NCBI GenBank assembly: GCA_021782175.1
Contig: JAJXVL010000003.1
Location: 1 to 34,777, forward strand
Reading direction: 5' to 3'
From: a bacterium
GTDB taxonomy: Bacteria; Patescibacteriota; Minisyncoccia; Phycocordibacterales; PALSA-1337
Length of the DNA stretch: 34,777 nt
Shown here: positions 17,201 through 25,432 of the stretch, one piece after another
How the letters are laid out: each line of letters starts with the position of its first letter
How positions within the stretch are numbered: the stretch's first letter is position 1
Made by a program: the position numbers and the translations under genes
Notes under the pieces: generated by a model
Database searches by the model: none
What the model was told of the DNA's origin: nothing
Seen by the model: only the letters and a program-made list of their open reading frames with translations

Positions 17201-17753
17201 ACCATTCACGCCATTCTTTGCCGAGGAGCTCTATCAGAATGCCGGTGGGACCAAGGACAGTGTGCATCTGGAAGATTGGCCGGAGGCAGGAAAAATTGAT
17301 CAGACCCTCATCAATGATATGGAACTGGTACGCAAGGCTAGTTCGCTTGGTTTGGAGGCGCGCATGAAAGCCAAGTTGAATGTCCGCCAGCCTCTAGCCA
17401 CTCTCTTTGTCAAAGACCAGAAGTACCAGAAGCTTGAACCGGCTCTGGTGGAGCTCATTCAGGCCGAAGTGAATGTGAAGCGAGTTGTCTTCGATTTGAC
17501 TCATGCCGAGGAAGTAGTCCTTGATCTCGAGATCACCCCCGCTCTCAAGGAAGAAGGGGAACTGCGCGAACTTCTGCGCAAGATCCAGGATCTGCGCAAG
17601 GAAAAAGGTCTGACCGTCAATGACATGGCGATTCTCTCAGTCCCTGAAGAATTCAAGGCACTGATCTCCAAGAATGAGACCGAAATCAAGCGTCTGACCA
17701 AACTGGTCAAACTTGAGCCTGGCGCGACTCTGGACTTGCGCCGCAGCGAGTAG
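14226..17753 (+). CDS. ileS: Isoleucine--tRNA ligase (type 2) with inserted histidine-phosphatase domain
   Basis: EGPPTANG, GWDTHGLPVE, WTTTPWTLP, DWAISRERYWGTPLPIW, DVWFDSGSMP, DQTRGWFY, KMSKS. Internal RHG...THG domain. Confidence 0.96.
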   Translation: MSNNPSVSPNPEPTDKPARVLREEATLKKWQEQDIFGQTLKKASPRGEFTFYEGPPTANGHPGIHHLEARAFKDAIPRYRTMRGYHVRRKGGWDTHGLPVELQVEKQLGLKSKKEIESYGVEAFNEKCKESVWTYVHEWEDFTRRMGYWVDLNDPYVTYKPQYIESVWNVIKTADDKGLVYKDYKVVPWCPRCGTALSSHELAQGYADVKDMSVTVKFKAKPNQKIGNLVTDDKTFILAWTTTPWTLPGNVGLAVNPNIQYVQIDMDKQSVDDKGKYILASDRMIVLEEKAKKKDTTKPFYIDNLIYGKELVGLEYEPLYPFLRDNISHHEKDKLVNAFKVYAADFVTTTDGTGIVHTAVMYGQDDFELGTKVGLPKHHLVHEDGTFKKECGFLAGAFVKDEGTEVAIIKDLAGRGLLFAKEKYQHSYPFCWRCKTPLIYFARDSWYIRMSELREKMMAENEKIHWEPGYIKEGRFGEWLREVKDWAISRERYWGTPLPIWTCHQCHARKVVGSIADVTQTPKNHYFVMRHGEAEDNVKNILNSDEKVANHLTAHGRAKATATAETLKAQKIDLIIASPLPRTQETAKIVQQTVGLPADKLITDKRIREMGLGELDGHSLDEFMKVFPMSVGRFDPAPRGIESYAALKKRMGDFLYDIESKYAGKNILIVTHGSPAMMLMAAAAGWDRSETIAYEKDHYIHKAEARPLDFRIVPHNTEYELDLHKPFIDEVKLTCACGGEMHRAKEVLDVWFDSGSMPFAQDHYPFGGSKARGWRAWFGGAKEQKIAYPADFISEAIDQTRGWFYTLHAVGAILGKGRAYNNVICLGHILDAEGKKMSKSLGNIVDPMMLMDRYGADALRFWMYSINQPGESKNFDEKTVDEVVKKVFNLAANVASFYEMYAKPEVIVSRDSKNVLDRWIIAKLDELTVTVTKHLESYVFFEPTRAIRDFIADLSQWYLRRSRDRFKEEGSGRVEALQTTLYFLLTLTKIMAPFTPFFAEELYQNAGGTKDSVHLEDWPEAGKIDQTLINDMELVRKASSLGLEARMKAKLNVRQPLATLFVKDQKYQKLEPALVELIQAEVNVKRVVFDLTHAEEVVLDLEITPALKEEGELRELLRKIQDLRKEKGLTVNDMAILSVPEEFKALISKNETEIKRLTKLVKLEPGATLDLRRSE

Positions 17754-17783
17754 ATTCGCGGCACCAAGCTCAACCGGCATCAT

Positions 17784-18365
17784 ATGTATAGCGTCCACAC
17801 CACCCCCGGTTTCATCATCAATGCTCAACCTTATGGCGAAGCCGGTAAAGTGCTGCAGATTTTCACTAGGGACTTGGGCCTAGTGACCGCCATTGCTCAA
17901 GGTATCCGTCTGGAAAAATCAAAGTTGCGCTACCACACGATCGATTTGTCCCGAGGAAGTTTCTCCCTAGTGCGGGGTCGTGATCTCTGGCGCTTGGTCG
18001 GCGCAGAGGCTGATCAGAGAATCACACTGAATAGGGAAGCTCAAGCCCTGCTGGCCAGATTGGCTCAGCTACTCCGGCGTCTGCTTCAAGGTGAGGATGC
18101 TGAGCCGGCACTCTATGATTGTCTGGCGGATAGTCTCGGCTATATAGAGCGACAGAGCATCGATGGTCCGTCGACGCTCAAGCTCGCGGAAGTCCTGATA
18201 GTTTTCCGGCTCCTGCATCAGATGGGCTATATTGGTGATGATACGCGTTTCGCTGTTTTCCTGACTGAGCCGGTGATCACCGCGGACCTGGTCGAAAAAG
18301 CTTTGCCACTCAAGAAGCTCCTCGTCCAACAGATCAACCAAGCTCTTGCCGCTAGTCATCTATAG
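17784..18365 (+). CDS. recO: DNA repair protein RecO
   Basis: N-terminal OB-fold pattern T.GFII...YGEA.KVLQIFTRDLGLVTAIAQGIR..KSKL and a short helical C-domain. Confidence 0.85.
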   Translation: MYSVHTTPGFIINAQPYGEAGKVLQIFTRDLGLVTAIAQGIRLEKSKLRYHTIDLSRGSFSLVRGRDLWRLVGAEADQRITLNREAQALLARLAQLLRRLLQGEDAEPALYDCLADSLGYIERQSIDGPSTLKLAEVLIVFRLLHQMGYIGDDTRFAVFLTEPVITADLVEKALPLKKLLVQQINQALAASHL

Positions 18366-18415
18366 TTCTCGGGTTCTATTCTCCAACCTCTGCCGCTTGG
18401 GGTATAATATGGCCC

Positions 18416-20371
18416 ATGGCCAATGAGGAACCAAATCGTTTGGAAGATCTCAAGGAATCTCTCTATTCGCGCAATGCGCCGGAGGTGCGCACTCGCCGCA
18501 AATTGCGTTTCGCTGATCGGACAGTCGATCTCAAGACTGATTGGGATCATCCTGATAGCGAAGAAGACAAGGACACGCGGGCCAAGACCGCGGCCGGTCT
18601 AGACTATCAGCCCCAAAAAAAACACATGTCTCTTTTCACCAAAATCCTCATCGCCTCGGCCATCTTCTGCGTGGCGGCTGTTTCTACCGGAGCCTACCTC
18701 TTCTTCAACGGCTCCAATTTCATTTCTGGTAATAATATTGATGTGACCATCAGCGGCCCGGTTTCTATTCCCGGCGGTACGCCTATTTCGCTGGATATCA
18801 CGGTCGTCAACAAAAACAGCGTAACTCTGAAGGGAGCGGATCTGGCTGTGCAATTCCCGGCGGGCACTACCAATCCCAATGACACGACTATTGCTCTAGA
18901 TACTCATCAGGAATTGTTGGGCGACATTGCTCCAGGCGGCTCAGTGACGCGGACTGTCAAAGCTATTATCTTCGGCGAACAGAATCTCCAGAAGGAAGTT
19001 ACCGCCACAATCACTTATGGTATCCAGGGTTCTAGTTCGGTTTTCACCAAGGTCCAGACTTATGATGTCCTGATCAATTCTTCGCCAGTGACGCTCAATG
19101 TCACTGCTCTCTCGGAAGCTTCTTCGGGTAGTAATTTTGACCTGACTGTCGATGTGCATTCAAACTCGGTCAATGTTCTCAAGAATGTACTTCTGTCGGC
19201 GGTTTATCCCTTTGGTTACAAGTTCACCAGTGCCTCACTGCCGTCGGCAGACAATAGTAATACTGTTTGGAATATTGGTGACTTGCCGCCGGGAGGCAGC
19301 CGCAGTATTACCATTCACGGTGTGTTGACCGGTGAGGATGGTGACCTTCGAGCCTTCCACTTCTCGACAGGCGCGCGCAATCCGGACTCTATCCTGGTGA
19401 TTGGTACGCCTTACGCCTCTACCGAAGCCGATGTCACGATCAAGAAACCTTTCATGTCTTTGGTTGTTTCAGTGAATAATGACAACTCTACGGCTGATTA
19501 TATTGGGAATCTGGGCCGCTCCGTCACGGTCTTCGTTCGTTGGTCCAACAATACGCCCAATCCGCTAACGAACGCGATCATCTCGGCGCATCTGACAGGC
19601 GGTGCCTATGACAAGAGCCAGGTCAATGCTCTGAGTGGTTACTTCCGCTCGATCGACGACAATATGATCTGGAATCAGCAGACCAACCAGGAGCTGGCTT
19701 CGGTCGCGGCTGGCGCTACGGGTAATGTTTCCTTTGCCATCGTGCCTTCCTTGAATCAGCAGAACAATATCATCAATCCGGAAATAACCATTGCGGCCTC
19801 GGTCACGGCTGATCGGACCGATCAGAGTAATGTGCCGCTCAATACGGAACAAGTCGTTAGGAATATCAAAGTTCCTTCGACACTGTCTCTCTCAGGCCGC
19901 GTGCTCCGTAACGAAGGACCCTTCACCAACACTGGTCCGATCCCACCCCAGGCAGAAGCCAAGACGACTTATACGATTACTTGGGCTGTCGATAATACTT
20001 CCAGTGTCGTCAACAATGCGGTAGTGACAGCCACCTTGCCCCCGTATGTTACTTGGCTCAATCAGGTTAGTCCGTCTAGTGAGGATGTTTCCTACGATAG
20101 CAACAGCGGCACGGTGACTTGGAATGTCGGTACTGTGGGTACTTACACCGCCGGTACCACACGCCGTCGCGAGGCTTCTTTCCAAGTATCTCTCTTGCCA
20201 TCAGTAGATCAGATTGGCCAAGCCCCGGTCCTAGTCAATCAGGCCAATTTGACCGGCACGGATACTTGGACCAACACCACACTCAAGGATACACAGAGCT
20301 ATCTGACAACTAGCTATAGCACGGACAGTTCCTTCCAGAATGGTTTCGAAACGGTAGTCAAAAAACCCTAG
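18416..20371 (+). CDS. Single-pass membrane protein with large extracellular Ig-like/DUF11-like repeats
   Basis: Charged cytoplasmic N-terminus, one TM (KILIASAIFCVAAVSTGAYLF), and S/T/N-rich beta repeats (LGDIAPGGS, WNIGDLPPGGS, VTWNVGTV). Confidence 0.75.
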   Translation: MANEEPNRLEDLKESLYSRNAPEVRTRRKLRFADRTVDLKTDWDHPDSEEDKDTRAKTAAGLDYQPQKKHMSLFTKILIASAIFCVAAVSTGAYLFFNGSNFISGNNIDVTISGPVSIPGGTPISLDITVVNKNSVTLKGADLAVQFPAGTTNPNDTTIALDTHQELLGDIAPGGSVTRTVKAIIFGEQNLQKEVTATITYGIQGSSSVFTKVQTYDVLINSSPVTLNVTALSEASSGSNFDLTVDVHSNSVNVLKNVLLSAVYPFGYKFTSASLPSADNSNTVWNIGDLPPGGSRSITIHGVLTGEDGDLRAFHFSTGARNPDSILVIGTPYASTEADVTIKKPFMSLVVSVNNDNSTADYIGNLGRSVTVFVRWSNNTPNPLTNAIISAHLTGGAYDKSQVNALSGYFRSIDDNMIWNQQTNQELASVAAGATGNVSFAIVPSLNQQNNIINPEITIAASVTADRTDQSNVPLNTEQVVRNIKVPSTLSLSGRVLRNEGPFTNTGPIPPQAEAKTTYTITWAVDNTSSVVNNAVVTATLPPYVTWLNQVSPSSEDVSYDSNSGTVTWNVGTVGTYTAGTTRRREASFQVSLLPSVDQIGQAPVLVNQANLTGTDTWTNTTLKDTQSYLTTSYSTDSSFQNGFETVVKKP

Positions 20372-20439
20372 ACTTATCATTCAATAGGGTAGGTTTAGAA
20401 GCGTTGCGTGAGCAGTGTCTTCTAGGCTAGAATGCCCTC

Positions 20440-21756
20440 ATGCCCAAAAAAGAAGATCTCATGGAGATGCTCGTTTCGCTAGCCAAAAGGCGTGGCTTTA
20501 TTTTCCAAGGCTCGGAAATATACGGTGGCTTGGCCGGAACCTGGGACTATGGTCCCTATGGCGTGGCTCTGAAGAATAATATCAAGGCTCTCTGGTGGAA
20601 GCGCTTCGTCACGGATCGTGATGATATGTATGGCATGGACGCGGCTATCCTCATGAATCCGCGCACCTGGGAGGCGACTGGTCATGCGAGTGGTTTCTCA
20701 GATCCGTTGGTGGAGTGCAAGAAGTGTCATCATCGCTTCCGCGAAGACCAACTCACTGATCCCAAGAAGTGTCCTGATTGCGGCGGTACATTCGGCGAAG
20801 TAAAACAATTCAACATGATGTTCAAGACACAGGTAGGCGCTACTGGCGAGGCCTCCTCGATTTCCTACCTGCGCCCCGAGACTGCCCAGGGCATGTTCGT
20901 GAACTTCAAGAACCTGATGGATTCCCAGCATCCGGCTATGCCTTTTGGTATGGCTCAGATCGGGAAGGCTTTCCGGAATGAGATCGCCCCGCGAGACTTC
21001 CTCTTCCGCTCGCGTGAATTCGAACAGATGGAAATCGAGTATTTCGTTGATCCGAAAGATTGGGAGAAGACCTTCGAACATTTCCGCGATGAAGTGCACG
21101 CCTTCAACAATGATATCGGTCTCAAGCGCGAGCAAGTCCACGAGCTCGAAGTGCCGGATGCTGACCGCGCTTTCTATTCCAAGCGTACGATCGACTTCGA
21201 ATTCGACTTTCCGTTTGGCCGCAAGGAGCTCTATGGTCTGGCCTATCGCACGGACTATGATCTCACGCGCCACGCCGAATACAGCAAGGTAGACCTATCC
21301 TATTTTGATGAGGCCGAGAAACGCCGCTTCACCCCGCATGTGATCGAACCGTCTTTTGGTGTTGATCGTTCACTCCTGGCTGTTCTCTCGACGGCTTATA
21401 CCGAGGACGAGATGGGCGGTGAGAAGCGTGTCTTCTTGAAGTTTGCTCCGGCTGTAGCTCCGGTCAAAATCGCTGTTTTTCCGCTCCTGAAGAATAAGCC
21501 TGTCCTGGTTGAAAAGGCTCGTGATATCTTCAGAATGCTCAAAAAGGAATTTGGGGCCGTGGAATTCGATGATAATGGTAATATCGGCAAGCGCTATCGC
21601 CGCCAGGATGAGATCGGTACGCCGTACTGTGTGACTGTAGACTTCGACACCATTGAGAAGAATGCTGGTGTGACCGTGCGTGATCGTGATACTGGTAAGC
21701 AGGAGAGAGTGGCGGAAGGCAGCTTGCTGGATTATCTCCGAGGCAAAATCAAATAA
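20440..21756 (+). CDS. glyQS: Glycine--tRNA ligase (alpha2, class IIa type)
   Basis: KRRGF, EIYGG, YLRPETAQG, GKAFRNEI, REFEQME, VIEPSFG, IGKRYRRQDEIGTP. Confidence 0.97.
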   Translation: MPKKEDLMEMLVSLAKRRGFIFQGSEIYGGLAGTWDYGPYGVALKNNIKALWWKRFVTDRDDMYGMDAAILMNPRTWEATGHASGFSDPLVECKKCHHRFREDQLTDPKKCPDCGGTFGEVKQFNMMFKTQVGATGEASSISYLRPETAQGMFVNFKNLMDSQHPAMPFGMAQIGKAFRNEIAPRDFLFRSREFEQMEIEYFVDPKDWEKTFEHFRDEVHAFNNDIGLKREQVHELEVPDADRAFYSKRTIDFEFDFPFGRKELYGLAYRTDYDLTRHAEYSKVDLSYFDEAEKRRFTPHVIEPSFGVDRSLLAVLSTAYTEDEMGGEKRVFLKFAPAVAPVKIAVFPLLKNKPVLVEKARDIFRMLKKEFGAVEFDDNGNIGKRYRRQDEIGTPYCVTVDFDTIEKNAGVTVRDRDTGKQERVAEGSLLDYLRGKIK

Positions 21757-21805
21757 AATAGGTCCACTAGACTTGGCGGTGTTTCTATTGTATAAATCCT
21801 GACGG

Positions 21806-22210
21806 ATGAATATCCCAACTTGTTTTGACATTGCTCAGATGTCGGCGATTGGTCTGCGCCAGTTGCCCGGCCGACACAAATTCTTCCTCCCAGCGGAAGT
21901 CGACAGTCTGGAGAGGCAGTTCCTTCTCTTCGAACTCGTGAAGGACTGCTCTCCTCAGGTTGTTTTTGAAAGTTTCGGTGTGGATCTTGTGGATTTGTGT
22001 CTGACTGAGGCGCAGATTCGCTGGATTGTCCATGAGCATCGCTTCTTGTTACGAGGAGACGGCGTCGCCACAGCCTTCATGTTGTACGACAAAGGAATCC
22101 AGGTTGTTCTGGAAAATCACCTCGCTAGTCACAGCATCAGATGGCTCCTCTGGGACGCTCCGGAATGTTATGGCGAACAGAGGGTGATCTTCGTGGTGCC
22201 AGTTGTGTAG
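21806..22210 (+). CDS. Hypothetical protein (134 aa)
   Basis: Fills an intergenic gap and is followed by a terminator. No assignable function. Confidence 0.6.
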   Translation: MNIPTCFDIAQMSAIGLRQLPGRHKFFLPAEVDSLERQFLLFELVKDCSPQVVFESFGVDLVDLCLTEAQIRWIVHEHRFLLRGDGVATAFMLYDKGIQVVLENHLASHSIRWLLWDAPECYGEQRVIFVVPVV

Positions 22211-22218
22211 TTTGTTCC

Positions 22219-22242
22219 AGCCTCGTTTGACGGGGCTTTTTT
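22219..22242 (+). terminator. Intrinsic terminator
   Basis: AGCCTCGT-TTG-ACGGGGCT followed by TTTTT. Confidence 0.7.
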
Positions 22243-22287
22243 GTTGGCTTATTGGCCAAGTATAGCCGCATATAGTACGATAAGCCC

Positions 22288-22938
22288 ATGCATATCAAAA
22301 AACTCAAACATTGCTGTATGGTGATCAAGGTTCCGGGTCAAGGAGGTAAACATACGGTCATCGTCACAGATCCGGGGTCGTACTCGATCGAGGAACATGA
22401 CAAGATCGCTTATGCCGATATTATCCTGATTACCCACGAACACGCCGACCACTTCCATCTCGAATCGGTCAAAGCTCTCGCCAAACGCTCGCCCGGTGTC
22501 TCGGTGATTGCCAATGATGCTGTCGGTGATCTTCTTGCGCGAGAGGGAATCGAGCACCACATCATGAAGCATGGTAACGCCATCGAGGTAAAAGGTGTTC
22601 ATCTTGAAGCTTATGGCGAGCTCCACGCCGTCATCCATTCGTCTTTGCCGCGTGTATCCAATGTGGGGTTTCTTATCGAGAATAAACTCTTCTATCCTGG
22701 TGATGCTATGGTTGATCCGGAGAAGCCTGTCGATGTTCTGGCTCTGCCGGTGGCTGGTCCTTGGATCAAGATCGGTGAAGCTGTCGACTATGCTCTCCAA
22801 GTGAAGCCGCGCTTGGCTTTCCCGGTACACGATGCCGTCCGTAGCGCCTTCCAGCACACTCTTCCGGAAATGGTTCTTTCCCAGAATGGAATTGAGTTCA
22901 TCAAGCTGGAGGATGGCGGCGAATTCGAAGTGAAGTAG
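22288..22938 (+). CDS. MBL-fold metallo-hydrolase (UlaG/Lactamase_B_3-like)
   Basis: HCC..I, TDPG, ITHEHADH, FYPGD, LALPV, FPVHD. Confidence 0.9.
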   Translation: MHIKKLKHCCMVIKVPGQGGKHTVIVTDPGSYSIEEHDKIAYADIILITHEHADHFHLESVKALAKRSPGVSVIANDAVGDLLAREGIEHHIMKHGNAIEVKGVHLEAYGELHAVIHSSLPRVSNVGFLIENKLFYPGDAMVDPEKPVDVLALPVAGPWIKIGEAVDYALQVKPRLAFPVHDAVRSAFQHTLPEMVLSQNGIEFIKLEDGGEFEVK

Positions 22939-22940
22939 TA

Positions 22941-22974
22941 AGCATATCAGACATATGCATATGTCTGATATGCT
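22941..22974. promoter_or_regulatory. Perfect 34-bp palindrome overlapping the M16 peptidase promoter; candidate operator
   Basis: AGCATATCAGACATATG|CATATGTCTGATATGCT with no spacer; abuts TG-C-TAATAT. Confidence 0.6.
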
Positions 22975-22989
22975 AATATCTGTACTATC

Positions 22990-24261
22990 ATGAAATTTAC
23001 CAAAACTACTTTGGCCAACGGTCTCCGTCTAGTGACTATACCTATTCCGGAGAACCCTTCGGTGACCGTACTGGTCATGGTGGCGGCCGGCTCCAAATAC
23101 GAGACCAAAGATATCTCGGGGATTTCGCATTTCTTGGAGCACATGGTTTTCAAAGGGACTCCGCGTCGACCAAGCGCCAGTGATATTTCGAGAGAGCTCG
23201 ATGCTATCGGGGCTCAGTACAATGCCTTCACCTCCCAAGAGTTTACCGGCTATTACGCCAAGGCTGATGCCAAGCATCTCGATCGGGTGCTCGACGTGGT
23301 GGCTGATATGTGTCAGAACCCACTCTTTGATGAGTCAGAGATTGCCAAGGAGAAGGGGGTGATTATCGAGGAGTTGCGTATGTACCGCGATTTGCCACAA
23401 CACCGGGTTCATAATGTGCTGACCAATCTGCTCTATGGTGATCAGCCAGCCGGCTGGGAAGTAATCGGCACAGAAGAAACAATCAAGTCTTTCACGCGTC
23501 AGAGTTTCTTGGAATATCGAGCTCATCACTATGTAGCTTCAGCTACAACTGTGGTCGTCTCCGGCAACCTAGAAGAAGTCTCAGTTCGTAAGGCCGTGGA
23601 GCAAGCCTTCGACAAGATTTCCACGGAAGGGAAGGGCTCCAAATTGCCAGTCCTAGAAAAACAAACTGCTCCAGCTCTGCGTATAGAAGCCAAAGACACC
23701 GATCAAACCCACTTGGTCCTGGCGGTGAGAACCTTTCCGATACTCGATAGTCGCGCACCGATCATGCAAGTACTCACGGCGGTACTTGGTGGTGGTATGA
23801 GCTCCAGACTTTTCAGTAAAATGCGTGATGAGCTCGGTATTTGCTATTACATTCGAGCTTCTCATGATCCATCAACTGATCATGGTTCCTTCACTATCGC
23901 GGCCGGCGTTGATAATAGTCGAGTGGTCGAGGGTCTCCGAGGTATTATCGGTGAATGTCGTCGGCTCAAGGATGAGCTGGTACCCGCTGCCGAACTGCAA
24001 AAGGCCAAAGATTACCTCGCAGGTACGACCATGCTAGAGCTCGAAACTTCTGATGCTCAAGCCGAGTTTGTTGGCTTGCAGGAAATCCTCAAATCGCAAG
24101 TCGAGACACCTCAGGAATTCATTGCCAAAATCAGCGCCGTGACAGCTGAGCAGATTCAAACTCTGGCCAGGGAAATCTTTGTCGATAAGGGCTTGAATCT
24201 GGCTCTCGTCGGACGCTCCAAAGAACAAGATCTTCGACCAATCCTGACTTTCCAGGCCTAG
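22990..24261 (+). CDS. M16 (pitrilysin/insulinase) family zinc peptidase
   Basis: LANGL, GISHFLEHMVFKGT (HxxEH), NAFTSQE, EKGVIIEE, LGGGMSSRLF..MRDELG. Confidence 0.95.
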   Translation: MKFTKTTLANGLRLVTIPIPENPSVTVLVMVAAGSKYETKDISGISHFLEHMVFKGTPRRPSASDISRELDAIGAQYNAFTSQEFTGYYAKADAKHLDRVLDVVADMCQNPLFDESEIAKEKGVIIEELRMYRDLPQHRVHNVLTNLLYGDQPAGWEVIGTEETIKSFTRQSFLEYRAHHYVASATTVVVSGNLEEVSVRKAVEQAFDKISTEGKGSKLPVLEKQTAPALRIEAKDTDQTHLVLAVRTFPILDSRAPIMQVLTAVLGGGMSSRLFSKMRDELGICYYIRASHDPSTDHGSFTIAAGVDNSRVVEGLRGIIGECRRLKDELVPAAELQKAKDYLAGTTMLELETSDAQAEFVGLQEILKSQVETPQEFIAKISAVTAEQIQTLAREIFVDKGLNLALVGRSKEQDLRPILTFQA

Positions 24262-24328
24262 TTCCTAGCGAAATGAAGCCGGTCAGCGTTCTAGATAGTT
24301 ATCGTATTGATTGTGCTACAATATAGCC

Positions 24329-25432
24329 ATGCCCGACGCGCCTTTTAGCAGCAAAACCAGACTTTCGCTCTCGACTGGTACTATTGTCCGGTTTTTCATG
24401 GTGGCTATTTTGCTCTTGGCTCTCTACTATATTTCCGATATTCTGTTGCTCCTGGTGGCTTCGGTAGTTTTTGCTTCAGCTGTAGAGCCGATTGTCCTGC
24501 GCCTGACACGCTACAAGCTCAACCGTATTCTGGCGGTAATCTTCGTCTATTTGGCCATCGCTTCGGTCTTGGGTTTCCTCATTGCTTTCTTCGTGCCGAT
24601 GGTCGTCAATGATCTTCTGACCTTCCTGGCCAACTTGCCCAAAACTATTTCGCTCGAAGACTTGTGGACGCCGATCCAGAGTATGGGCTTCCATGTCGGT
24701 TCGACCGCTCTGGCTCCCGGCGCTATTTCGCTTTCAGACTTTGTGAATGGCTTGCGCGGTCTCCTGGTCGGCAGCTCGGCCGGCGCCTTCCAGACGGCCA
24801 GCGTGCTCTTCGGTGGTTTCTTCGGCTTCACCTTGATCGTAGTCTTGTCATTCTATCTATCCGTCCAAGAAGAGGGTGTGGCGGACTTCCTGCGTATTGT
24901 TTCGCCGACCAAGCATCACGACTATGTCATTGATCTGTGGCGCCGCTCACAACGCAAGATTGGCTACTGGCTCCAGGGTCAGCTCTTGCTCGGGGTAGTG
25001 GTTGGTGTGCTGGTCTATCTAGTCCTCATGGTTGTCGGTATTCAGCACGCGCTGGTCTTGGCGATTCTTGCCGCCGTTTTCGAAATCATTCCGGTTTTTG
25101 GTCCGATCATCAGCTCTGTGCCGGCTATCCTGATCGCCTTTGCTCAAGGCGGAGTAGGCACCGGTCTGCTCCTGATCGGTCTTTACATCATCATCTATCA
25201 GTTCGAAAGTCAGCTTTTCTATCCGCTGGTGGTCAAGAAGATCGTGGGTATCTCGCCGATTGTGGTCATCTTGGCCTTGGTGATTGGTGCCAAGCTGGCC
25301 GGCTTGCTGGGTGCTATCATCGCGGTGCCGCTCTCGGCCGCTCTCATGGAATATGTTCATGATATCGAGAAGTACAAGAAGCAGGAGATTGCCGAGAGAG
25401 CCGTGACGAACAGCCATCATACCGAGTCATGA
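24329..25432 (+). CDS. AI-2E family (PerM/UPF0118) transporter
   Basis: Multi-TM; WLQGQ, EIIPVFGP, QFESQLFYPLV..VGISP, GAIIAVPL. Start set at ATG 24329. Confidence 0.9.
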   Translation: MPDAPFSSKTRLSLSTGTIVRFFMVAILLLALYYISDILLLLVASVVFASAVEPIVLRLTRYKLNRILAVIFVYLAIASVLGFLIAFFVPMVVNDLLTFLANLPKTISLEDLWTPIQSMGFHVGSTALAPGAISLSDFVNGLRGLLVGSSAGAFQTASVLFGGFFGFTLIVVLSFYLSVQEEGVADFLRIVSPTKHHDYVIDLWRRSQRKIGYWLQGQLLLGVVVGVLVYLVLMVVGIQHALVLAILAAVFEIIPVFGPIISSVPAILIAFAQGGVGTGLLLIGLYIIIYQFESQLFYPLVVKKIVGISPIVVILALVIGAKLAGLLGAIIAVPLSAALMEYVHDIEKYKKQEIAERAVTNSHHTES

